Position numbers and translations under genes: made by a program. 64,000 nt of DNA from Eledone cirrhosa (lineage: Eukaryota): positions 375,038,001-375,102,000 of the forward strand of contig OZ024742.1 in assembly GCA_964016885.1 (NCBI GenBank). Direction: 5' to 3'. Of the stretch, positions 13,006 to 27,118 are shown piece after piece. Numbering within the stretch: the first letter of the stretch is position 1; each line of letters begins with the position of its first letter. The notes below the pieces were generated by a model. It saw nothing but the letters and a program-made list of their open reading frames with translations. It did no database searches and had not been told where the DNA came from.

Positions 13006-14421
13006 AAAATTTTAAATAATAAAATATGTATACCTCCGTATTATGGAGGGAGAAAATGAGAGAGGGAGAGAGCTAACAGGAGGAGAGAGAGAAAAGGAAA
13101 GAGAGATGATAGTAAAAACAAAGAAAGGGAGATATGTATGGTAACATATAATTACATAAGGAGAAGGAGAATCAAGGTATATGATGCGTGGCCGTCTTTT
13201 TTCAAATATTAAGTTAATTAGAAATAATCAATTAATTAAATAACTTGAAATTTTTAAACTATAATATTTGAAAGAACCTATATTATTGTATTATATCAAA
13301 ATTAAAACAAATATAAAGTGAAAAAGATAATTTAACATAACTCCAAGGGTAATCAAGAGTATATTTAAATTATTAAATATAGTCAATAATTTAGTTAGAA
13401 AGATTAAAATTAAAAATGTTATTAATTAACCATAAAGCTTATAAATGTAGTAAATATGATATTATTAAACCAGATTTATTTAGATATAAGCATTTGTATA
13501 GTTCATATATAAACTATAAGATTTAAATCGATATTTGTCAATTATATATAATATTAATTATTAGTTATAATTACACTTAAGAGTGTTATAAATTTGATTT
13601 TAACTAAATTTTACTGTATTCACAATTATACATTATTCATTGATTAATCAATGAACCTTGTTAAACTTTTGATCATATATATATATATATATATATAAGA
13701 ATGTGATTCAGATAATTCGTTTTCGATGAAAAAGCACAGTCAGCAACAAAATATGTACAGGAAAAATATAACCGAAACGAAGAAACCACAATTATCAAAG
13801 AACGGAGATTATATCAATACAAAGCGAATCTAACCAACAACATAAAGAAGAGAAACAGTCCATGGAATATAAGGATTGATCAAGGGACATCAACATATAG
13901 AAAAAAGGAATATTTTGATTACATGTAACGAATAATTTTCTGTTGTATAAATAACATTACAAATAGTGGGAGGGTGGCAGAAACGGAGGGAATGGCAGTG
14001 GGAGTTTGGTTTCCCTGTGTTCGGACCTGGTGTACATGTGTGTGTAATTTTACACTTACTTTCGGGAGTGACTTATAAAATAAATATTTGGTCGAGTTAC
14101 TTCCCCTTGACAACTACATCACCAACCACATAACCCGACAGCCAACTTTTATAATACCAACCGTCCAGCCAGCCAGCCAGCCAGCCAGTAGCCATTACAC
14201 CAACAGCCTACCCTGCCAGCTAGTCACTCACCAACCGCCCAACCAGCCTGTAAATAAAATAATCACGTGACGAATCACATGATTACTTCTAAATGGAATA
14301 TAAGCAGCCATTTTTTTTCCAGATTGTGAACAATCTCTAAAGAAAAGAAGAAACTTTTAAATAACAAAACAAAAGGGTAAATATTATATTATGTATATAT
14401 ATATATGTATATATAAATGTG

Positions 14422-17400
14422 TATCATCATCACCGTTTTACGTCCGTTCTTCCACGCTAGCATGGGTTAGACGGGTTGTCCTGTTGTGGGCAGTGTCTGG
14501 TCGGCTGACCATGCCTTGCTCATACAGGAACTGATCTGGCTTGATTTCTACAGCTGGATGCCCTTCCTAACACCAACCTCATTTACAGTGAGTGCTGGGT
14601 GCTTTTTCGTGGCGCCTACATGTCCACTTTACAGTGTGGGCTGGGTGCTTTTTTGCCGTGGCACCTCCAGGACGACTATGCAGTGGGAGGGTGTGGGGCA
14701 TATTGTCTATTTGAGAGGTGTAATTGGATAAGGTCGGCTTTTATCACCTCATCCCAGGTCTTCTTGCGTCTCCCCACTCTGCAGTTTCCATTGACTTCTA
14801 GTGCTCTGCACCTTTTTATGCAGCTGTCATCCTTCATACGCATCACATGTCCATACCGATGCAACTGCCTCTCCTGCACACAGCATTTGATTCCTCTTAT
14901 GCTCAGTCTCTCTCTCAATTCATTTATGCTTTGTCGTTCGCGTATATTACTATTACACATCCATCAGAGCATGCAGGCTTCGTTTCTTTCTAATCTACGT
15001 AAGTCTTCCACCTTCAGTGCCCAGGTCTCACTACCATGTAACATTGCTGTTCGGATACACGCATCATACAGTCTGCCTTTCATTTTGAGGAAGAAGCCTT
15101 TTGCAGCTAGCAGTGGCAGTAGTTCCCTGAGCTTCTTCCATCCCGTTCTTACTCTAGTTATTGTACTTTCTGAACACCCACCTCCGCTGCTAATTCGGTC
15201 ACCTAAGTAGCAGAAGCTGTCTACTCTTTCTACAGAGCCCTCCCAGAGATTGGTGGTACTTGTTTCCTGTGGCTGTTTGCTGCTTGCGGTCCCAGCATAG
15301 CTGCTACATGTGAAGCCTACATTCTTAATTAAGCTTCCTGAGATCCCGCTACATCTCTTGTGTACCCATTGTTTGCATTTGGGGCAGAGAATGGAGTTCC
15401 TACCTACACCTTTCCTACATACTGAGCAAGGCCATTTCCCTGAGGGGATCTGGGTTCTGTTTTCTCGTCTACTTACAAGGACCTTAGTCTTTTTCATGTT
15501 GACTTTGCGACCCTTTCTTTCTAGTCCCTGCTTCCAAGTTTGGAATTTCTTCTCTAGTTCTACCATAGATTCACCTATAAGTGTGAGGTCATCTTCATAC
15601 AGGAGTTCCCATGGGCATCCGGTCTTAAACTCCTCTGTTATTGCCTGCAGGACTATGATGAACAGGAGAGGGCTAAGAACAGAGCCCTGTTGGACACCAA
15701 CCTGTATGCTAAATTCCTCGCTATACTCATTGCTAATCCTAACTTTGCTGACTGCTCCCCTATACATGGCTTGTACAGCTTTCACAAGCCATTCATCTAC
15801 TCCTAGTTTTCTAAGAGCCCACCAGATTATAGCACGTGGAACTCTGTCAAAGGCTTTCTCGAGATCGACGAATGCCAGGTAGAGTGGCTTACTTCTAGCT
15901 AGGTACTTTTCCTGTAACTGCCTCACAAGGAAGAGGGCACCAGTGGTGCCTCTTCCTGGTACAAACCCAAATTGAATCTCATCTAGTTTCACCCGGTCCC
16001 TAATCAACTGTGCTATAACTCTTTCTGTTACTTTCATGACCTGGTCCATCAGCTTTGTACCTCTATAGTTTCCTCTATCTAGTGCATCACCTTTACCTTT
16101 GTAGCAGTTGACAATGATGCTACTGCACCAATCTTTTGGTATGACACCTTCTAGTATTACCTGGTTAACAATACGTGTGGTTATAGTGTGACCTACAGAC
16201 CCAGATGCCTTCAGCATCTCGGCAGCTATACCCGATGGACCGGTTGCCTTCCCCATCTCCATATCTTTGATTGCCTTACTTACTACGCTGCTGCTGACTT
16301 GTACTGCTGGCCCCTCTATAGGGTCTACTTGGGGTAGGGACTCTTCTTCCCATGCATTCTCCTCATTTAGTAATCTATCATAATGGCTCTTCCATGCATC
16401 TTTCTTCTCAGCACTTGTGAGGGCAAGCTCACCTTTATCATTCCGGATACACTTCTCTCCAATGACATCACAATTCTCTCTGACACACTGCCTCACAATC
16501 TTGAACACCTGTTTCTGGTCCTCACGTTGCAAAACATGCTTGGATTTTCTATCCTCTGCTTCCATCCTAGCTAAGTATACTTGTCGCCTAGCTTCCCTCT
16601 TGGTCTCTATGTAATGTACCCTGCTTCCCCCGTTCTTCCATTCTTTCCATGCCTGTCTCTTAGCCTTAACTGCCTCATCTACCTTATTGTTCCACCACCA
16701 AGTCACTCCCCTCCTCCTTGTGGTCTTACTCCAGCCACAGACCTCATCCGTCGCCTCTAGTAAGTTATTTTTTAGGAACTCCCAGTTCTCTTCTACATTG
16801 AATGTCTCTATCTGTTCTTCTTTACTGTCATAGGCGTTGTGTAAAATATCTTTAAATCTGTTACTGGCCGAGGGGTCTTTCAGCTTCCAGATCTTTCTTC
16901 TCCAGGTTGACCTCTGTTTCCAGGTTCATCTAGTTCTGACCGTGAGGTCACTGACAACTAAGCTATGTTGGGAGGTACATTCCTCACTAGGGAAGGCTTT
17001 TGTGTTTACAACCGTCCATCTGTCATGTCCTCTGATGAGGATAAAATCTATCTGACTAGAATGCTCCCCTGATCTATAGGTGTTCAGGTGATTGTCGGGT
17101 TTTTTGAAGTTTGTGTTACATATCGACATGTCATTCGGCGTCGCAGAATTCTAGAAGTCTGAATCCTTCTTCATTTCTTGTGCCAACCCCATGGCCTCCG
17201 TGGACTCTATTGAAGCCGTCACAGTGTTTACCTACGTGTCCGTTAAAATCTCCTGCGGTGATTAGGAAGTCATTGTCATTTGTTAGAGCAGTAGTGTGCA
17301 TTAGGGACTCGTAAAATCTATCCTTAAGTTCGTCTGGCAGCCCCGATTGGGGTGCGTAAGCTGATATTATTGTGGTAATTGTTTTATTTAGGACTAGTCT

Positions 17401-17830
17401 GAGTTTAATGATTGTTGCATTTATCCTGTACACTGAGATTACTTTATCTACCCACTTGTCAGCTAGTAGTATACCTACACCACCCATCCCATCGTCATTT
17501 CCCACCCAGAAAAATTTGTAGCACTGACTTTTTCCTACAAGGACTCTAGCAGACTCTCCTCTCCATCTAGTCTCTTGCACACAGCATACATCAATTTCCT
17601 TTCGCTCTAGCATCTCTACGATTTCTCATGCTCTTCCTTTCATTGTGCTTACATTGATGGTACCAACTCAGAGTTTTGGGCATTTGTCAACATTCGTAGG
17701 GAAGGGTCGATTTTTGCAGGGGTGTGTGTGTGCTTCCTCTCTCTGAATTGAAGCTTCACATGGGTGCTTGGTAGCTCGCGGATTCATATTCATTTCATCT
17801 ATTAATTCGGAGTTGCTCCATTTATTCTCA
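14422..17830 (-). mobile_element. Near full-length but mutated RTE LINE, subfamily A (APE endonuclease + RT)
   Basis: ORF pieces 17131-17613, 16926-17129, 14964-16706, 14676-14960; [31 protein letters not shown] (mutated from YADD); (TGA)n tail. Confidence 0.96.
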
Positions 17831-18376
17831 GCTCATCCATACATAACGGTAGGAAAATTCAGGGCTAGAAAAATAGTGGTGGTGGTAATAATGGCAGGGT
17901 GTGTTGGGCTGTGACGGGGGAGGAGAGAGGTAGGTAGTAGTAGAAATGGCAGGGTTTGTCGGGGTTGGTAGTGGGGGGGGGGGCATGCTGAGGTTTGATT
18001 GGTTGAATAGGCTATGGTGCTGTGAGGGGGTGGGTGGGAGGGAAATTGTGAGGTAGGTAGCCATCATGGCCTGTAGCATCTGATGGCAAAATAAACCGAT
18101 AGGAGTAGATGACTTCGTAGAGACAGCAAACTGATAAATACAACAACACTAATAATAGTGTAAGAGAGAGGAAGAGAGTAGATGACTTCGTAGAGAGGCA
18201 GCATGGGAGAGAAAATGAGGGTAAAAATAAATATGCTGTGGAAGCTAGTGAAATGATAAATACAGCAATAATTGTGTGGTTGGAAATCTGCAATTGGGAA
18301 ATAGAGGGATACCTGGAAGATTGTATGGTTGGATGGCTGGGACGTGGTTAATCAGCTCTAGTGATTCATTTATACA

Positions 18377-18412
<36 letters not shown>

Positions 18413-19097
18413 GTTTTAATATAGATGAGATTCTACAGGACTAGAACTGTGTCATTCTTTAGAAATCATCAGGATCCTAGCTGTTCAAAATAAATGTGGT
18501 ATTTATATCTTTTCTGGTGGTAGGAGAGGGTGGGGAGTGGGATGGGTGGAGGTCATTGGTTGATAGAAAAGGGAATTCATTAAAAGCTAATTCTTTAAGG
18601 CTATAATTTATATTTAGAGTGACAAAGGCAGAAAGAATTCTATAAACAAGTTCAAATTGGGTGCCACTCCTTATTTTTAAGTTTCTCTTAAGCTAACAAT
18701 GCCTATATTTCAGGTGTCTATAAGATGGTTGGGGGTTGGTCATGGTTGATGGATTTAAAGAAAATGGAAATTCTTTAAAAACTAATTCTTTAAAGCTCTA
18801 CTTAGAGTGACAAAGGCCAAGATAATTCTATAGACCAGTTCAAAATATTGGGTGCCTATCATTATTGTCATGTTTCTCTTAAGAAAGAATCGCTAGCAAT
18901 TTATAATGTTATTTAAGCATTTGTAATGTTATTTATGTATATATTTAAAACATTTGCTATGTTATTCTACTGTAAATTTATTTATATGCTTTGCATATAT
19001 TATATATACACAAATAATGAATCTGTATATTAAAACATCGTTTGTATTATTCAATCAGTTTATTGAACAACTAGAATGCTCATCATCAAGTACTTTA

Positions 19098-19520
19098 CAT
19101 ATATATATATATTTATATATGTGTGTGTGTGTGTGTGTATATGTATGAATCTATATATATGTATGTATATATATATGTGTGTGTGTGTATGTATATATAT
19201 GTGTGTGTGTATGTATATATATATATATATGTGTGCATGCATATATATGTGTGTGTGTATGCATATATATGTGTGTGTGTGTGTATGTATATATGTGTGT
19301 GTGTGCATATATATATGTGTGTGTATGTATATATATATGTGTGTGTGTGTATGTATATATATGTGTGTGTGTATGTATATATATATATGTGTGTGTGTGT
19401 GTATGCATATATATATGTGTGTGTGTGTATGTATATATACGTGTGTATGTATATATATATGTGTGTGTGTGTGTGTATGCATATATATATGTATGTATAT
19501 ATTTATGAATATATATATAT
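19098..19520. repeat. (TA)n/(TG)n compound microsatellite
   Basis: Direct reading. Confidence 0.95.
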
Positions 19521-19825
19521 TAATATGTGTAGAAGTAAACACAGTAAACCCATGTCTAAAATTACGAGGGTAGATTACACCACAAATGTTATCATTCAAC
19601 CTGAATCATATGGGATGTTACAAGATTTCTCATGCATACTATATATATGTATATATAGAGATGTAATCTGAATTTTTCAATTATTAATAATAATCGATCT
19701 GTTTGCAATTATGCAAACTCTTTTAAGCCATGTCATAATTGGAAAAGTGTTGAATATTATTATTATTATTCGAAAAACCCAGATTACATTTATTGTATTC
19801 AGCCATGTAGAGCGATAACTATTTG

Positions 19826-21187
19826 TATCATCATCATCATCATCATCGTTTAACGTCCGTGTTCCACGCTTGCATGGGTTTGGACGGGGGTTTTCCCACT
19901 TGAGGCAAAAGTGGTTATCTTGCTCGCATAGGACTGTCTGTCGGGTTTTCTACAGCTGGATGCCCTTCTTAACACCAACCACATTTACAGTGTGGGACTG
20001 GGAGGTTTTTACTGTGTTACCTACACGGCCACATTACAGCGTGGACTATCTGACGGGTTTTCTACAGCTGGATGCCCTTCCTAACACCAACCACATTTAC
20101 AGTGTGGGGCTGGGAGGTTTTTACCGTGTTGCCTACACGGCCACATTACAGCGTGGACTGTTTTTTTTGTCGTGACACCTACACGATCTCATTTGTTTCA
20201 GCCTGGATGTTGTGGCACCAACATAACTTTACATTGAAAGGGGCGGTGTGGATTGGGTGGGGGTGGTGGGAATTGATCAGCTCGTCCCAGGTTTTTCTGG
20301 GTCTGCCTACTCCGTGGCTACCGTCTTTTTTTATTGCCCTGCACTTTTTTATACAGCTGTCGTCTTTCATGCGCATTTCCATCCAGTTCTGACTCTAGCT
20401 ACTGTACTTTCAGAGCACCCTCCCCACTGCTGATTTTGTCACCCAGGTAACGGAAGCTGTCCACTATTTCTATAGAACCCTCTGCGCAATTGAAAGAGCT
20501 AATATTTTGTGGGCACTTGCTGCTACTTATTGCACCAGAGCACCGGCCACATGTAAAATCTATGTTCTTAGTTAGCTTACCTGTGATCCCACTACATCTT
20601 TTATGTACCCATACTTTGCATTTGGGACATAAAATGGAGTTTCTACCTACGCCTTTCCTACACACTGAGCATGGCCATTTCCCGGAAGGGACCGTCGCCT
20701 TATTTTCTTTCCTACAAACTAGAACTTTAGTCTTAGCCAGGTTAATTTTAAGCCCTTTTGATTCTAGGCCGTGCTTCCATGTTTGGAATTTCTTCTCTAG
20801 CTCGGCCATTGATTCAGCTATGAGCGTTAGATCATCTGCGTATAGGAGTTACCATGGGCAGCCGGTCTTGAACTCCACTGTTATAGCCTGAAGGGCAATA
20901 ATAAATAGTAGGGGGCTAAGAACAGAGCCCTGATGTACACCAACTTTTACACTAAACTCTTCACTATATTCGTTGTTAATTCTAACCTTGCTGACTGTTT
21001 CTTTATACATGGCTTGTATAGCCCTCACAAGCCATTCATCTACTCCTAGTTTTCTAAGAGCCCACCAGATAATGGAACGGGGTACTCTGTCGAAGGCTTT
21101 CTCCAAGTCAACAAAAGCTAAGTATAGGGGTTTACTTTTAGCTAGGTACTTCTCCTGTAGTTGTCGTACAATGAAAAGAGCGTCTGT

Positions 21188-21190
<3 letters not shown>
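19826..21190 (-). mobile_element. 5'-truncated RTE LINE subfamily B with an internal deletion and a 3' UTR duplication
   Basis: RT pieces 20849-21106 and 20399-20809; deletion junction near 20376; about 110 bp of 3' UTR repeated at 19935-20160; (TGA)n tail. Confidence 0.93.
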
Positions 21191-21236
<46 letters not shown>

Positions 21237-21496
21237 AGGGAGTGTAACTTGGAGTTACTGCAGGTTCACCCTGGTCCTTCAAGCTGCCGATTATTGAGTC
21301 GGGTAAGATCGATACAGATCGAACCTTGAGCTGATCAGTGGCAAAACGCGCGTCACCTACCAATAAATGCAATGAAGGAGTAACCAATCGTCCTTGTTAT
21401 CCTTTCAATATATATATATATATGTATATATGTTTGTGTGTGCGTGTGTGTAATATGGAAAACCTACAGGACTAGAACTGTTTCATTCATGTGAAA

Positions 21497-21670
21497 TCAT
21501 CATCATCATCATTTCATTTTACGTCCGCTTTTTCCCTGCTTGCAAGGGTGGGACGGGAACTGATTCTGGCTTGATTTCTACAGCTGGATGCCCTTCCTAA
21601 CACCAACCTCATTTACAGTGAGTGCTGGGTGCTTTTTTTGCCGTGGCACCTCCACGACCACTTTGCAGTG
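21497..21670 (-). mobile_element. RTE-A 3' UTR fragment
   Basis: ctggcttgatttctacagctggatgcccttcctaacaccaacctcatttacagtgagtgctggg is identical to 14536-14600. Confidence 0.85.
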
Positions 21671-21689
21671 GAATGATAGGGACCCCAGT

Positions 21690-21831
21690 CCTATCATCTC
21701 ATTTCTACAGCTGAGTAAACTGGAGCAATGTGAAATAAAGTGTCTTGCTCAAGGAAACAACACATCACCCGGTCTGAGAATTGAACTCACAACCTTTTGA
21801 TTGCAAGCCCAATGCTCTAACCACTAAGCCA
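21690..21831 (-). mobile_element. tRNA-derived SINE head
   Basis: Minus strand TGGCTTAGTGGTTAGAGC (A box) ... GAGTTCAATTC (B box), then non-tRNA body. Confidence 0.8.
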
Positions 21832-21878
21832 TATATATGTATGTATGTATTTATATATATATAAGTATGTATGTATTT

Positions 21879-24800
21879 ATCATCATCATCATCATCGTTT
21901 AACGTCCATATTCCACGCTTGCATGGGTTTGGATGGGAGTTTTCCCACTTGAGGCAAGAGTGGTTCTCTTACTCGCATAGGACTGTCTGGCAGGTTTTCT
22001 ACGGCTGGATGCCCTTCCTAACACCAACCACATTTACAGTGTGGGGCTGGGAGGTTTTTACGGTGTTGCCTACACGGCCACATTACAGCGTGGACTGTGT
22101 TTTTTTGTCGTGACACCTACACGACCTCATTTGTTTCGGGCTGGATGTTGTGGTACCAACATAACTTTACATTGAAAGGGGTGGTGTGGATGGGGTGGGG
22201 ATAGTGGGACGGGGGTGTATTTTGTTAGAGGTGCCTACTGACTGTAGTAGGTTTCACTTTGTACTTAGGTAAGGCGGGTCTTCTCTATTACTGTGTAGCG
22301 CCAAAGATCTCCGTCCAGTGACATTGTCTTGGAGAGGTGTAAGTGTGTGAGGTCGGAATTTATCAAGTCGTCCCAGGTTTTTCTGGGTCTGCCTACTCTG
22401 TGACTACCGTCTATTTTTATTGCCCTGCACTTTTTTATACAGCTGTCGTCTTTCATGCGCATCACGTGACCATACCAACGTAACCTTCTCTGGAGTAAAC
22501 AACATCTGATCCCTCTTATTTATAATTTTTCCCTTAGTTCGTTTATGCTTTGCCATTCAGCGGAGCATGCAAGCTTCGTTCCTCTCCAGTCTGCGTATAT
22601 CCTCTGCACACAATGCCCAGGTCTCACTGCCATGCAACATTGCTGTTCGTATGCAGGCATCATACAGCCTGCCTTTCATTTTTAGGGAGAACCCTTTAGT
22701 GGCTAATAGTGGTATACGCTCTCTGAACTTTTTCCATCCAGTTCTGACTCTAGCTACTGTACTTTCAGTGCACCCTCCCCCACTGCTGATTTTGTTACCC
22801 AGGTAACGGAAGCTGTCCACTATTTCTATAGAGCCATCTGTGCAATGGAATGAGCTAGTATTCTGTGGGCACTTGCTGCTACTTATTGCACCAGAGCACC
22901 GGCCAGATATAAAATCTATGTTCTTAGTTAGCTTACCTGTGATCCCACTACATCTTTTATGCACCCATACTTTGCATTTGGAACATAAAATGGAGTTTCT
23001 ACCTACTCCTTTCCTACACACTGAGCATGGCCATTTCCCGGATGGGACCGGTGCCCTATTTTCCTTCCTACAAACTAGAACTTTAGTCTGAGACAGGTTA
23101 ATTTTAAGGCCTTTTGATTCTAGGCCATGCTTCCATGTTTGGAATTTCTTCTCTAATTCGGTCATTGATTCAGCTATGAGCGTTAGATCATCTGCGTATA
23201 GGAGTTCCCACGGGCAGCCGGTCTTGAACTTCACTGTTATAGCCTGAAGGGCGATAATAAATAGTAGGGGGCTACGAACGGAGCCCTGATGAACACCAAC
23301 TTTTACACTAAACTCTTCACTATATTCGTTGTTAATTCTAACCTTGCTGACTGTTTCTTTATACATGGCTTGTATAACTCTCACAAGCCATTCATCAACA
23401 CCTAGTTTTCTAAGAGCCCACCAGATAATGGAACGGGGGGACTCTGTCGAAGGCTTTCTCCAAGTCGACAAAAGCTAAGTATAGGGGTTTACTTTTAGCT
23501 AGGTACTTCCCCTGTAGTTGTCGTACAATGAAAAGAGTGTATGTGGTACTTTTGCCTGACACAAACCCTAGATCAATTCTCTCTCTGATTAGTTGCGCTA
23601 TTACTTTTTCTGTGACCTTCATGACCTGGTCGATTAATTTAATGCCTCTATAGTAACTCCTATCTAGGGCATCTCCTTTACCCTTGTAGCAGTTAATGAT
23701 GATGCTGCTATGCCAGTCCTTCGGAACAACCCCATTCTGTATGACTTGGTTTACTATCCGGGTGGCCATGGTGTGTCCCACCGTTCCAGAAGCTTTCAGC
23801 ATTTCAGCAACTATTTCCGAAGGCCCAGCCGCCTTACCCTTCTTCATATCTTTGATTGCCTTACTTATTATACTACCTTCAACTAGCACTGCTGGTCCCT
23901 CTATTGGATCGATGTGGGGGAGACTGTCTTTCTCCCATTTATTCTCCTCATTTAGTAGCCTTTCGTAGTGACACTTCCAAGCTACCTTCTTATCAGCGTC
24001 GGTGATGGCAAGTACACCATCATCATTAAGTACACACTTCTCCCCGACAATATCACGGTTTTCCTTGACACATTGCCTAGCAATCCTGAACACCTCGCGT
24101 TTTTGGTCCTCGCGTTGTAGAACATGCTTGAACTTTCTTTCCTCTGCTTCCCTTCTTGCGAAGTACACTTGTCTCCTAGCTTCCCTCCTGGCCACTTGAT
24201 AGTCTTCTCTACTTCCCCCATCCGGCCATACTTTCCAAGCCTGATTTTTGGCCTTAATTGACTCCTCCACCTTACTGTTCCATCACCATGTTACTCTCCT
24301 CCTGCCTATAGGCCTGCTCCAGCCACAGACTTCGTCTGCCGCCATCAGCAGGTTTGCTTTCAGGAATTCCCACTGTTCCTCTATATTGTACGACTCTAAA
24401 TGCTCTTCCTTATTGTCGAAAGCATCAAGTAATATGCTTTTAAATTTATTTCTGGCTGTGGGGTCCTTTAGCTTCCATATTTTTCTCCTGAGGATAGTCC
24501 TCTTCTGCTGTCTATTACGTCTCGTCCTGACTATGAGGTCGCTAATTATCAGTCTATGTTGGGAGGTGCATTCTTCATGGGGGAGGGATTTAGTGTTTAC
24601 AACAGACACTCTATCACGTCTTCTGGTAAGGATATAATCTACCTGGCTGGTATGTTCCCCTGATCTGTAGGTGATCAAGTGATTGTCTCGTTTTTTGAAG
24701 TTAGTGTTACAGATAGTTAGGTTATTTGCATCACAGAATTCCAGGATTCTGGAGCCTTCCTCATTTCTACTACCAAACCCATAGCCTCCATGGATTCCGT

Positions 24801-24996
24801 CATAGCCGTCACAATGTTGTCCAACGTGACCATTTAGGTCGCCAGCAATAATTATATAGTCACTGTCGGTTATTTGGGAGGTAGTGAGCATCAGTGTCTC
24901 ATAGAATCTGTCTTTTATAGCGTCAGGCAGTCCGGATTGGGGCGCGTACGCAGATATTACTGTCACAGTAGTTCTATTTAGAACAACCCTTATTTT
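21879..24996 (-). mobile_element. RTE LINE subfamily B, frameshifted, 5'-truncated within the APE domain
   Basis: ORF pieces 24283-24966, 23410-24270, 22557-23471, 22265-22465; YADD; (TGA)n tail. Confidence 0.96.
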
Positions 24997-25043
24997 AATT
25001 ATTTATATATATATGTATATGTATGTATTTAGATATATATATG

Positions 25044-25371
25044 TATCCAATGATGTTGACATGTTCTTCTTTTTGGTAAATATCATCTTGGTTAAGAGAG
25101 TGGGACTGGCTTTGTGCAGTGCCTTTGCTCACTATAAAAGCTTCACAGCACAGGCATTGCTTTATATCTGGAGATCTCTCTGCACTTGTCGTCACATGGT
25201 ACCATGGGCCCAGCACTATGTGTCAATAATTGTGACAGGTGTAGTGTTTGTACCAGAGTTTTCAGGTCGCTGGCTGGACTAAAAAGTCGCACTCGTTCAG
25301 CTCATCGGTAGGGGTTCTCCTACATGGATATAAAGTAGTGTCCATACTCGAAAACGAGTTGGCAGCCACCA
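25044..25371 (+). mobile_element. Unclassified non-coding interspersed repeat, 5'-truncated copy of 54765-55375
   Basis: Highly similar to 55048-55375 with the same right-hand end ...gagttggcagccacc-(AT)n. Confidence 0.8.
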
Positions 25372-26034
<663 letters not shown>

Positions 26035-26164
26035 GTATATATATGTGAAAATGTATATAAATAAGTAAATATATATATATGTTTGATGTGTATAGTTAGA
26101 TGTAAGTGTATTCATGTATTAAAGTGCTTATATATATATATATGTATATATGTATGTGTATGTA

Positions 26165-26233
<69 letters not shown>

Positions 26234-26797
26234 GTATGTATATATGAGTATATGGATGTGTAAGTATGTGTATGTGTGTACACATGGACTAGAGTATGTA
26301 TGTATATATGTGTGTGTCTATACGTGTGTATATAAAGATAAGTTGAGTATGAAAACGTATACACATGAGCGCGTATGTATGTACATGAATACATGTGTGT
26401 ATATATATGTGTATGCATGTGTATATATATGTAAGTATGAATATGTGAATTGTGAGTATATGTATTTTGTAGAGGTGTGCAAATATATTTGTGTGTGAAT
26501 GCGTGGGTGAAAGGATACTTACACTTGAAAGAAAAATTTAAGTCTGAATGTTAATTAAGTGCAAACACAAAACCAACCACGCATATCTTTACTATCTCTA
26601 ATCCTTCTATAGATTTAGAAAAATAACCAATAATATATTCTATAAAAAATGTCAAAACAACAGATGGGAATCTAATTACTCACTGCCACCAAGAATTCTC
26701 ACTGCTATCGAAAAACCACTCCTTCAACTATTCTTCTAACAACTTCACCCCTCCCTCCTAATATTCTCTATAAAAACTAAACAGGTCCTCAGTAATA

Positions 26798-26914
26798 TTA
26801 TTCTGATGAAATGACAGTAAATAATAACATTGAAATATTGAATGTCTGCATAACTAAAAGTTTGTAGATAGCTGTTTTAGGTTATGTAACTGTTATAGAA
26901 ACACGTGTCAATAA
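26798..26914 (+). ncRNA. Type I hammerhead ribozyme in the 5' pLTR, long branched helix II
   Basis: UUAUU-CUGAUGA-A-AUGACAGU...ACUGUUAU-A-GAAA-CACGUG-UC-AAUAA. Confidence 0.8.
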
Positions 26915-27118
26915 ATTCCTTTCAACTAAACTGTATCCATTCAAATCTTTCTATTTTTCTCCGGATTACTTTTGGAACTACAACTGGAACCGTCGAGCAA
27001 ACTCTACGTGAGCTGATAAACTACTGTGTGTAATATTTATATTACAACACAACGGAAAATACTGTATATTTACCTCCTGTAAAGTCGAGCAACCCACACA
27101 GCAAACGCAACCACAACA

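Noticed and set aside
15310-15882. Antisense ORFs over RTE and CR1 coding regions (also 53028-53657, 57347-57976 and others)
   Set aside because: Shadow frames of the RT genes with no independent motifs
18430-18485. Hammerhead-like CTGATGA..GA(C/A)A on the minus strand (related sequence at 21460-21500)
   Set aside because: Core is mutated or truncated and helix I does not pair cleanly; at most a dead pLTR relic
21325-21362. ctgatcagtggcaaaacgcgcgtc resembling a Penelope HHR with palindromic helix III
   Set aside because: G8 and G12 are both absent and there is no helix I partner
21770-21831. tRNA gene
   Set aside because: A and B boxes only, no complete cloverleaf, and it continues into a SINE body
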